The position numbers were made by a program, and so were the translations under genes. Below the pieces are notes generated by a model. That model had not been told where the DNA came from. It did no database searches and saw only the letters and a program-made list of their open reading frames with translations. From assembly GCA_965232515.1 (NCBI GenBank), contig CBDDPY010000002.1:4928001-4992000 (forward strand): DNA of 64,000 nucleotides, read 5' to 3'. Shown piece after piece: positions 56,126 to 64,000 of the stretch; positions within the stretch are counted from its first letter, which is position 1; each line of letters opens with the position of its first letter. The stretch comes from Alphaproteobacteria bacterium. Its GTDB lineage: Bacteria > Pseudomonadota > Alphaproteobacteria > GCA-2731375.

Positions 56126-57892
56126 ATGATCGACCGGCTGTTGCCGTGCGTCGGCTGGCTGCGCCGCTACGACGCCGAAGCGTTTCGCGGCGACGCGCTG
56201 GCCGCCGTGATCGTCACCATCATGCTGATCCCGCAGAGCCTGGCCTATGCCTTGCTCGCCGGCTTGCCGCCGCAGGTCGGTCTGTACGCCAGCATGCTGC
56301 CGCTCCTCGGCTATGCGCTGTTCGGTTCCTCGAACGCGCTGGCCGTCGGGCCGGTGGCGGTGGTTTCGCTGATGACCGCGGCGGCATTGGGCGAGATCGC
56401 CGCCGCCGGATCGCCGGAATATGTCGGTGCGGCACTGGTCCTGGCGCTGCTGTCGGGCCTGTTCCTGATCGCGCTCGGGCTGCTGCGGCTCGGCTTTCTC
56501 GCCAGCCTGCTCAGCCATCCCGTGATCTCCGGCTTCATCACCGCGTCCGGCATCCTGATCGCCGCCAGCCAGCTCAAGCACATTCTCGGCATCGATGCCG
56601 GCGGCCACACGCTGGTCGATCTCGGCCAGTCGCTGGCCGGCGGTATCGGCGCCACCAACCTGCCGACCTTGGCGATCGGTGTCGCCGCCACCCTGTTCCT
56701 GTTCTGGGTGCGCGGCCAGCTCAAGCCGCTGCTGATGCGTCTCGGCCTCAGCCCGCGCCTCGCCGACAGCGCGGCGAAGGCCGGTCCGGTCGCGGCCGTG
56801 TTGGCGACGATCCTGGCGGTCGATCTGCTGGCGCTCGACGCGGCCGGCGTGCAGGTCGTCGGCGCCATCCCGCAGGGCCTGCCGCCCGTCGCCCTGCCGC
56901 CGCTCGACGTCGATCTCTGGCGCGCGCTGATCCCGTCTGCGGTGCTGATTTCCGTCGTCGGCTTCGTCGAATCCGTTTCCGTCGCCCAGACGCTGGCGGC
57001 GAAGCGGCGCGAACGCATTCAGCCCGATCGCGAGCTGCTCGGTCTCGGCGCCGCCAACATCGCCGCCGGCTTCGGCGGCGGCTATCCGGTCACCGGCGGC
57101 TTCGCCCGCTCGGTCGTCAACTTCGACGCCGGTGCCCGCACGCCGCTCGCGGGCGTGCTGACGGCGGTCGCCATCGGCCTCACGGCACTCCTGCTGACGC
57201 CGCTGTTCCACCAGCTGCCGAAGGCGACGCTCGCCGCGACCATCGTCGTCGCCGTGCTGTCGCTGGTCGACCTCGGCGCCCTGAAACGCACCTGGATCTA
57301 TTCCAAGACCGACTTCGCCGCCATGGCCGCGACTATCGTCGTCGTGCTGGCGGCCGGCGTCGAGGCCGGGATCGTCGCCGGCGTCGGCCTCTCGGTGGTC
57401 CTGTTCCTGGCCCGCTCCGCCCGGCCGCACATGGCCATCGTCGGCCAGGTGCCGGGCACCCAGCATTTCCGTAACGTCAAGCGCCACGACGTCGTCGTCA
57501 GTCCCTCGGTCCTGAGCGTCCGCGTCGACGAGAGCCTGTATTTCGCCAATTCCCGCTGGCTCGAGGACCGGGTCTACGACATGGCCGTCGCCGATCCGGA
57601 CATCCGCCACGTCGTGCTGATCTGCTCGGCCGTCAACGAGATCGACGCCAGCGCGCTCGAAAGCCTGGAAGCGCTGATCGACCGCCTGCGCGTCGCCGGT
57701 ATCGCCTTCCACCTGTCGGAAGTGAAGGGCCCCGTCACCGACAAGCTCCGCCGCTCCGATTTCTTCGAGCATCTCAGCGGCCGGATCTACCTGAGCCAGT
57801 ACGACGCGCTCGCGGACCTCGACCCCGACACCACGCGCGTCGCCGACACCGGTTGCCGCCCGGCCCGGTCGGCCGCGACCATGGCGCTGTAA
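56126..57892 (+). CDS. SulP family inorganic anion transporter with STAS domain
   Basis: IPQSLAYA, GLYAS, LSHPVISGF, TGGFARS, RVDESLYFAN. Confidence 0.92.
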   Translation: MIDRLLPCVGWLRRYDAEAFRGDALAAVIVTIMLIPQSLAYALLAGLPPQVGLYASMLPLLGYALFGSSNALAVGPVAVVSLMTAAALGEIAAAGSPEYVGAALVLALLSGLFLIALGLLRLGFLASLLSHPVISGFITASGILIAASQLKHILGIDAGGHTLVDLGQSLAGGIGATNLPTLAIGVAATLFLFWVRGQLKPLLMRLGLSPRLADSAAKAGPVAAVLATILAVDLLALDAAGVQVVGAIPQGLPPVALPPLDVDLWRALIPSAVLISVVGFVESVSVAQTLAAKRRERIQPDRELLGLGAANIAAGFGGGYPVTGGFARSVVNFDAGARTPLAGVLTAVAIGLTALLLTPLFHQLPKATLAATIVVAVLSLVDLGALKRTWIYSKTDFAAMAATIVVVLAAGVEAGIVAGVGLSVVLFLARSARPHMAIVGQVPGTQHFRNVKRHDVVVSPSVLSVRVDESLYFANSRWLEDRVYDMAVADPDIRHVVLICSAVNEIDASALESLEALIDRLRVAGIAFHLSEVKGPVTDKLRRSDFFEHLSGRIYLSQYDALADLDPDTTRVADTGCRPARSAATMAL

Positions 57893-57943
57893 GCCACGCG
57901 TCTGTCCCTTGTGAATGTCAGGCGTTTCGACTATCGGAGAGGC

Positions 57944-59050
57944 ATGCGCCGGATCCACTGCCTCGCTGTTCTTGTTGCCGCCGCGCTGCTCATCAGCGCC
58001 GGCCGCACGTCGTTCGCCGACGATTGGCCGCGCGCCGACCTCGCCGCGGCCGGCTTCGCATCCGATATCGGCGACAAGCTCGACGCCGGCGTGCGCGAGC
58101 GCCGGTTCCAAAACCTGCACGGCGTCGTCGTCGTGCGCGGCGGCAAGCTGGTGCTGGAGCGCTATTACGAAGGCGAGGACGAACGCTGGGGCCGGCCGCG
58201 CGGCCGCGTCGCCTTCGATGCCAACGAACTGCACGATCTGCGTTCGGTCAGCAAGAGCATCGTCAGTCTGCTCTATGGCATCGCGTGGGCCGAGGGCAAG
58301 TCGCCGCCGCTCGACGCTCCGCTGGTTGATCAGTTTCCGGAATTTCCGGAGCTCGCCGACGAGCTGATGCGCCGGCGCATGACCGTCGCCCACGCGCTCA
58401 CCATGATGCTGGGCACGGAATGGAACGAGCGCCTGCCCTATACCGATCCGCGCAACAGCGAGATCGCCATGGAGCGGGCCGACGACCGCTACCGGTTTGT
58501 GCTCGACCGGCCCATGGTGTCCGAGCCCGGCACGCAATGGGTCTATAACGGCGGCGCCACGGCCGTCATCGGCCGGTTGATCGCCAAGGGCAGCGGACGG
58601 AGCCTCCTTGCCTATGCCAAGACGAATCTGTTCGCCCCGCTCGGCATTACCGATGTTGACTGGGTGCGGGGCCGGGACGGCGAATACGCCGCCGCCTCGG
58701 GCCTGCGTCTGCGGCCGCGCGACCTCGCCAAGATCGGCCAGCTCGTCCTCAATGACGGCCGCTGGGGCGATGCGCAGATCGTGTCCGCCGACTGGCTCGA
58801 TCAATCCTTCCGAACGCGCGCCAGGCTCGAACGCATCAATTACGGCTACCAGTGGTGGCTGGGTCCGGAGGGACCGGACGGTCCGCGTTGGATCGCCGGT
58901 TTCGGCAACGGCGGCCAGCGGCTCTGGATCAACCCCGGCCTCGACCTGGTCGTGGTAGTCACGGCCGGAAACTACAACCAGCGCAACGCCTGGCGGCTCC
59001 CGGTCGCGATCATCACCGAAATCGTCCTGCCTGGCCTGCAGGCGCGCTAG
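57944..59050 (+). CDS. Secreted serine hydrolase (beta-lactamase class C-like)
   Basis: Signal peptide; RSVSKS (SxxK), YNGG, RDLAKIG, GNGGQ. Confidence 0.88.
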   Translation: MRRIHCLAVLVAAALLISAGRTSFADDWPRADLAAAGFASDIGDKLDAGVRERRFQNLHGVVVVRGGKLVLERYYEGEDERWGRPRGRVAFDANELHDLRSVSKSIVSLLYGIAWAEGKSPPLDAPLVDQFPEFPELADELMRRRMTVAHALTMMLGTEWNERLPYTDPRNSEIAMERADDRYRFVLDRPMVSEPGTQWVYNGGATAVIGRLIAKGSGRSLLAYAKTNLFAPLGITDVDWVRGRDGEYAAASGLRLRPRDLAKIGQLVLNDGRWGDAQIVSADWLDQSFRTRARLERINYGYQWWLGPEGPDGPRWIAGFGNGGQRLWINPGLDLVVVVTAGNYNQRNAWRLPVAIITEIVLPGLQAR

Positions 59051-59661
59051 TCGATCTCCGACTCGAACGCGTCGCCGATGCGCGACAGCACGTGCGGGAT
59101 CGCCTGATCCAATACGTCCTTCCGCAGGTCGAGCGTTTCCATGGCATGGCTCTGCAGGACGCTGGCGAGCCCGTGCAGTGCCGACCAGATGAACAGCGCG
59201 TCGAGTTCGACGCCTTTCTCGTCGCTGGGCTTGCGGCGGTCGGCCGGCAACTTGGCGATGCCGTCGCGCAACAGCGCGAAGGCGTGCCGCGCCTGGCGCA
59301 TCATCTCCGGATGCTCGGCGGGGTCCGGTAGCGGCGTGCCGAACATCAGCCGGTATTGCAGCGGATGGGTGAGCGCATAGGTCAGATAGCACTCGCCCAT
59401 GGCATGCAAGTCGCCGTGCGCATCGCCCGGCTTCTGCCGGGATTCCAGGTATTCGGCGAACGCCGTATAGGCCCGGCCGACGATCTCGGCCAGGATATGG
59501 TCGCGGCTGGGGAAATGCTTGTACGGCGCCTGGTGCGACACGCCGAGCCGGCGCGACACCTCGCGCAGGCTCAGGCTTTCGACCCCCGACGTCTCGACGA
59601 TCGCCAGGGCCTCGGCCACGCAGGCCTCGCGCAGGTCCTGGCTACGCCTCCGCGGCGCCAT
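59047..59661 (-). CDS. TetR/AcrR family regulator (WHG-like)
   Basis: LSLREVSRRLGVSHQAPYKHF; WSALHG. Confidence 0.9.
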   Translation of the reverse strand: MAPRRRSQDLREACVAEALAIVETSGVESLSLREVSRRLGVSHQAPYKHFPSRDHILAEIVGRAYTAFAEYLESRQKPGDAHGDLHAMGECYLTYALTHPLQYRLMFGTPLPDPAEHPEMMRQARHAFALLRDGIAKLPADRRKPSDEKGVELDALFIWSALHGLASVLQSHAMETLDLRKDVLDQAIPHVLSRIGDAFESEID

Positions 59662-60457
59662 GCTGGTGCTTGGTCATGCCCTTCATCACGGTGCCCATCA
59701 TGCGCACCCGGGCGCCGCGCGGCAATGGCGCCAGCGAGCCCTCGAGGAATTTCGCCAGCCAGCCGGGCCGCACGGTGGTCTTGCGGCCGAGCGCATCCAG
59801 CGTCGCCTGCGCCACCGCGTCGGGCTTCTGCGCCATGCCCATCTGCATGTCGGCGCGCGCCGCGAAGCCGCTGTCGATCGGGCCCGGCGCCGAGGCCACC
59901 ACATCGACGCCGCGCGGCGCCAGCTCCAGCCGCAGCGCTTCGGCCAGCGTCTGCACATAGGCCTTGGTCGCGGCGTAGTTGGCGGCGTGCGGCACGCCCT
60001 GGAACGCCACCAGCGAACTCATCAGCACCAGGCCGCCGCGGCCCTGCCCGGCGAAGCGGCGGCCGAAAGCATGGCTCAGCGCCAGCACCGCCCGGCAATT
60101 GACGTCGATCATCTCCAGCTCCGGTTCGAGCGGCGCGTCGATCAACGGCCCCGACGTGCCAAAACCGGCGCAAGCCGCCAGCAGGCCGACATCCAGTTCG
60201 GCCGCCGCCGCGATGATCCGCTCAACCTCGTGCGCCCGGCTCAAATCGGCAGCGACGACCCGGGTTTCGACGCCGTCGTCGGTGGCGATCCGCGCCGCGA
60301 TCTCGTCCAGCAACGCCCGCCGGCGCGCCACCAGCATCACGTTCAGCCCGGCCCGGCCCAGGCAATGCGCCATCTCCCGGCCGATGCCGTCCGACGCGCC
60401 GGTGACCACCGCCCAGGGGCCGTATTTCGCCCGCCAGCGGTCGCGCGCCGCGCTCAT
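59642..60457 (-). CDS. Short-chain dehydrogenase/reductase
   Basis: YGPWAVVTGASDGIG; YAATK. Confidence 0.9.
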   Translation of the reverse strand: MSAARDRWRAKYGPWAVVTGASDGIGREMAHCLGRAGLNVMLVARRRALLDEIAARIATDDGVETRVVAADLSRAHEVERIIAAAAELDVGLLAACAGFGTSGPLIDAPLEPELEMIDVNCRAVLALSHAFGRRFAGQGRGGLVLMSSLVAFQGVPHAANYAATKAYVQTLAEALRLELAPRGVDVVASAPGPIDSGFAARADMQMGMAQKPDAVAQATLDALGRKTTVRPGWLAKFLEGSLAPLPRGARVRMMGTVMKGMTKHQHGAAEA

Positions 60458-60903
60458 TTCGCCACCTCGACGTCGAGCTTCAGCGCCGCGCCCTCGGCGA
60501 GCGCCACCGCGGCTTCCTCGAAGGTCGGCGCGCGCAGGGTCGGGCGGACATTGTTCGACACGCCCCAGGCCTCCTTCGGAATGCCGAGGAAATTGGTGTC
60601 CGTTTGCCGGTTGCCGTTCAGGTCGTGCGACACGGCGACGGCGTATTGTCCCGGCGCCAGTCCCTCGAAGCGGCACTCGGCGCCGCCGTCGCGGACGTCC
60701 AGCCACTGCTGCGTGGCGGCGGACGGATCCATCGGAAAGCCGTCGGCGCCGGCATAAAGCGCGCAGCCGATCTCGCCGGCCGTACCGTCGGCGCCGCTGA
60801 CGACGACGGTGATCTCGCCCGCCGCCGCCGGCGCGGTGGCGAGTGACAGAGCGGTAAGCGTGGTCGCGAACGCGATTCTCCGGGACAGGCCTGACAGACG
60901 CAT
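60454..60903 (-). CDS. DUF2141 family secreted protein
   Basis: Signal peptide; PGQYAVAVSHDLNGN...TNFLGIPKEAWGVSNN...PTFEEA. Confidence 0.85.
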   Translation of the reverse strand: MRLSGLSRRIAFATTLTALSLATAPAAAGEITVVVSGADGTAGEIGCALYAGADGFPMDPSAATQQWLDVRDGGAECRFEGLAPGQYAVAVSHDLNGNRQTDTNFLGIPKEAWGVSNNVRPTLRAPTFEEAAVALAEGAALKLDVEVAK

Positions 60904-60917
60904 GGACAACCTCCCTT

Positions 60918-60967
60918 GTTGACAGTGTCAACTTAGAAGGTGGGATGCTTGGTAGACGATGTCAACC
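60918..60967. promoter_or_regulatory. Two TetR-type operators
   Basis: GTTGACAGTGTCAAC (60918-60932) and GGTAGACGATGTCAACC (60951-60967) upstream of DUF2141-SDR-TetR. Confidence 0.6.
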
Positions 60968-61864
60968 TTTCGAACGGCCGATACCGATGACGATCGCCGC
61001 GACCACCAGGGCGCAGCCGGCGGCCTGTGACAACGACACCGGCTCGTGCAGGATCAGGGCCGCCAGCAGCAGGGTCGAGACCGGCAGCACGGCGGTGAAC
61101 AGCGAGGCTTCGCCGGGCGTGGTGCGCCCCGCGCCCTCGTACCAGAGAAAGAAGCCGATCACCGTCGGCACCAGCGCGTAGTAGACGACGCCGATGACGG
61201 CGGCGCGCGTCGCCTCGTCGGCGAGGCCCAGGCCGACCTCGACGCCTGCCGGCCCGACCGCCAGACAGAAACCGAACAGGCTCATCAGCGCCGACAACGG
61301 CAGCGCCGGCACCGGCGTCGACAGCTTCCGGTTCAACAGCAGGAACACGGCCTCGCAGGCGATCGCCGCCAGCACGATGCCGATGCCGATGGCGTCGTCG
61401 AGCGTCGGCGGCGCCAGTCGGCCGGATTCGACCTTCAGCGTCACCAGCAGCACGCCGAGGCCGGCGACGGCCAGCGCGCCGAGAAAGCGCGGGCGCGGCC
61501 GCTCGCCGAAGGCCAGGATAGCCAGCAGCCCCATAATCACGGGCAGGGTGCCGACCACGACGCCCGCGTTCGCGGCCGAGGTGAACCTGAGCGTCAGGAT
61601 CAGCAGCACCGTATAGGCGACGCTGCCGGCCGCCGCCTGGATCACCAGCAGGCCCCAGTCGCGCCGGCCAAGGCGCGGGATCGACTGGCGCGAGCGCCAC
61701 AGCAGCAGCACGAAGATCGGGCTGGCGATTGCCAGCCGCAGCGCCGCCGCCGTGAACGCCGGCAGGCTGTCGCCGATGATCTTGCTGACCACGACCGTGC
61801 TGCCGACCCCGATCATCGAGACCGTCAGGCATGCGTAGCCCACAAGTTTACGCTTGTCCGCCAT
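60962..61864 (-). CDS. DMT/EamA family transporter
   Basis: About 10 TM helices; GSTVVVSK, FGERP, GFFLWYEG. Confidence 0.85.
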   Translation of the reverse strand: MADKRKLVGYACLTVSMIGVGSTVVVSKIIGDSLPAFTAAALRLAIASPIFVLLLWRSRQSIPRLGRRDWGLLVIQAAAGSVAYTVLLILTLRFTSAANAGVVVGTLPVIMGLLAILAFGERPRPRFLGALAVAGLGVLLVTLKVESGRLAPPTLDDAIGIGIVLAAIACEAVFLLLNRKLSTPVPALPLSALMSLFGFCLAVGPAGVEVGLGLADEATRAAVIGVVYYALVPTVIGFFLWYEGAGRTTPGEASLFTAVLPVSTLLLAALILHEPVSLSQAAGCALVVAAIVIGIGRSKG

Positions 61865-62036
61865 CGAGCCCGCCTCCGCGCCGGCGAAGTATGGCATTTG
61901 CGCGGGCCGCGCACGCGAATGAAATCCCGCCCGCCGCCCATGCCACGGACTCCCGTGCTTGCCGTCATATGCGTCCGAGATCAGGCGACCGCGGTCGGCG
62001 CCGACAGCGCGGGTCAACCCGTCGGCGTCGCGCCGT

Positions 62037-62972
62037 CTATGGCGCCCTCCGGCGCTGTTGCGGGATGTCGGCGAGATCGAACGCGGTCGACTGGTAGAGG
62101 TCGTTGATCCAGTTGCCGATCAGCAGGCTGCCGTGCGCCCGCCATCGGTTGACCGGCGTTCGCGCCGGGTCGTCGTCGGGAAAATAGTCGGCCGGCAGGT
62201 CGATCGGCGCGCCGGCGGCGACGTCGCGGTGGTACTCGTCCGCCAGTGTGTTCGTGTCGTATTCCAGGTGATTGAACATGTAGGTCTGCCGTCGCGCCTC
62301 GTCGCGCAGCAGGCACAGACCCGCGTCGTCGGAGTCCAGCAGCACGGTCAGGCCCGCGTCCTCCGGCAGGTCCGCGCACCGCACCTCGGTGTGGCGGCTG
62401 ACCGGCACCGGGATTTCGTCGTCGAAGCCGCGCAGCAGGCCGTCGCGCCCGCCCCGCACGCGATGGGCAAAGACGCCGAACATCTTGCGCGGCAGTTCGT
62501 GCTTCGGCACGCCGTGGAAATGCCGCAACGCCGCCTGTCCCGCCCAGCAGATGTTGTAGGTCTCTTGAACGTGGCTCTGCGACCAGTCGAAGATTTGGGT
62601 CAGTTCGCGCCAATAGACGACGTCCTCGAACGGCAATGTCTCGACCGGCGCCCCGGTGATGACAAGACCGTCGAACTTGCGATCGCGCACCTCGTCCCAG
62701 GGTTTGTAAAACGCCAGCATGTGTTCGGCGGACGTCGTCTTCGGCGCGTAGCTCGACGTGGTCACCAGGGTCAGTTCGATCTGCAGCGGCGTACCGCCCA
62801 GCAGGCGGGAAATCTGCGTCTCCGTCTTGATCTTTTCCGGCATCAGGTTCAGCAGCGCGATCTCCAGCGGCCGCACGTCCTGGTGCAGCGCCGCCCTTTC
62901 GGTGATCAGCAGCACCCCTTCGTTTTCCAGCGCCGTCATCGCTGGCAGATTGTCCGGAACCTTGATCGGCAC
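62037..62972 (-). CDS. metA: Homoserine O-acyltransferase (MetA family)
   Basis: PIKVPDNLPA, QDVRPLEIALLNLMP, DGLVITGAPVE, ICWAGQA, HLEYD. GTG start. Confidence 0.93.
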   Translation of the reverse strand: MPIKVPDNLPAMTALENEGVLLITERAALHQDVRPLEIALLNLMPEKIKTETQISRLLGGTPLQIELTLVTTSSYAPKTTSAEHMLAFYKPWDEVRDRKFDGLVITGAPVETLPFEDVVYWRELTQIFDWSQSHVQETYNICWAGQAALRHFHGVPKHELPRKMFGVFAHRVRGGRDGLLRGFDDEIPVPVSRHTEVRCADLPEDAGLTVLLDSDDAGLCLLRDEARRQTYMFNHLEYDTNTLADEYHRDVAAGAPIDLPADYFPDDDPARTPVNRWRAHGSLLIGNWINDLYQSTAFDLADIPQQRRRAP

Positions 62973-63145
62973 GTCTTCCAACCCATTCAGCGCCGCCTCG
63001 CCGGGCGGCTTGTTCGTGGCGTCGACTGCCTACCATAATTCAACGCAACGTTTGCGAAAGCGTTGCCTGACGCCGGCCGGCCTGTTGAGCGGCGCCGTCC
63101 GACTACCTAACATGAGCAGCTTTTCCGAGTGGAGGCGGACGTCCG

Positions 63146-64000
63146 GTGGCGGAACTGACAAGAGACGAGTATCGCGTGCCGAGCGGCATCGACGGCCTGT
63201 CGCTGCTGCTCCGCCGCAAGCGGCCGGCGGGCGCGGCGCCGGCGACGCCGGAAAAGACCGTGCTGTTCTTGCACGGCGCCACCTACGCCTCGACCCTCAC
63301 CTTCGACTATGCCATCGACGGCTTGTCCTGGATGGATCGCCTCGCCATGGCAGGCTTCGACACCTGGTGCCTCGATCTCCTGGGCTACGGCGGCTCCGAC
63401 CGGCCGCCGGCGATGGACGAGCCGCCGGACAACCATCCGCCGCTGGTGGATACCGCCCAGGCGGTCGACGATCTCGGCCGCGCGGTCGATTTCATCTGCG
63501 CCGAACGCGGCATCGATCGGCTCTGCCTGATCGGCTATTCCTGGGGCAGCGCGATCTGCGGCGGCTTCGCCGGCCGACAGCCGGACAAAGTGGCGCGCCT
63601 CGTCCTCTATGGCGCGATCTGGCTCGGCGTCGGCGGCGGCGCCGTCACCGCGGGCGGCCGTCCGGGCGCCTACCGCACCGTCGATGCCGAGGCCGTGATC
63701 GCCCGCTGGCAGTCCGGCCTCGATGCCGATCAGCTCGCGGCGATCGCGCCGTTGGAACGTATCCACGATTGGGCCGAGGCCGCCATCGCCAGCGATCCCA
63801 CCGCGGGCCGGAGCGACCCGCCCCGCCTGCGCGCGCCCGCCGGCGTGGTCAAGGACGTGCTCGACCACTGGCGCCAGGACCAGCCGACCTACGATCCCGC
63901 GAAGATCGAGGCGCCGACGCTCGTCGTCGTCGGCGAATGGGACCGCGAAACCACGCCCGAACAGGGCCGCGGCGTCTTCGACCGCCTAGAAAACGCCGCC
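63146..64000 (+). CDS. Alpha/beta fold hydrolase, 3'-truncated by window edge
   Basis: Not in the ORF track (no stop in window). GTG start with GGAGG; VLFLHGATY, DLLGYGGSDRP, GYSWG. Confidence 0.85.
   Translation, partial: MAELTRDEYRVPSGIDGLSLLLRRKRPAGAAPATPEKTVLFLHGATYASTLTFDYAIDGLSWMDRLAMAGFDTWCLDLLGYGGSDRPPAMDEPPDNHPPLVDTAQAVDDLGRAVDFICAERGIDRLCLIGYSWGSAICGGFAGRQPDKVARLVLYGAIWLGVGGGAVTAGGRPGAYRTVDAEAVIARWQSGLDADQLAAIAPLERIHDWAEAAIASDPTAGRSDPPRLRAPAGVVKDVLDHWRQDQPTYDPAKIEAPTLVVVGEWDRETTPEQGRGVFDRLENAA

Noticed and set aside
55979-59392. 1137-aa minus-strand ORF
   Set aside because: Antisense shadow of sulP and the serine hydrolase. Stop-poor because of high-GC codon bias; no recognisable motifs.
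62975-63060. Possible SAM-II riboswitch upstream of metA (GCCACGAACAAG...GCTGAA on the minus strand)
   Set aside because: Only loose similarity to the 3' part, and the 5' pairing strand was not found. An Rfam covariance scan would be needed.

Overview
A high-GC bacterial chromosomal window that looks alphaproteobacterial (inferred from the gene families and intergenic palindromic repeats). It is densely packed with about 58 CDSs, mostly accessory metabolism, transport and one-component regulation. No rRNA, tRNA, CRISPR array, transposase or integrase could be recognised. The most unusual locus is 35.9-45.1 kb. It holds an apparent operon of a type-II glutamine synthetase, an Amt ammonium transporter with no GlnK, and a glutaminase with animal-GLS-like architecture (EF-hand-like N-terminus, catalytic domain, C-terminal ankyrin repeats). 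Two wHTH/TolB-like/TPR regulators and an alpha/beta hydrolase flank it, and 11-bp-periodic direct repeats lie in its intergenic regions. Other modules: an ArsI-SigZ pair; a Crp/Fnr-PDO-(DUF442-SQR)-SulP sulfide oxidation cluster with a frameshift in the SQR fusion; a FadR-regulated ABC/GMC oxidoreductase cluster; DUF2141-SDR-TetR; a PEP-CTERM protein; two orphan PAS histidine kinases; and four distinct palindromic repeat elements. All calls come from motif recognition by eye, no database searches were run, and start codons are best guesses.
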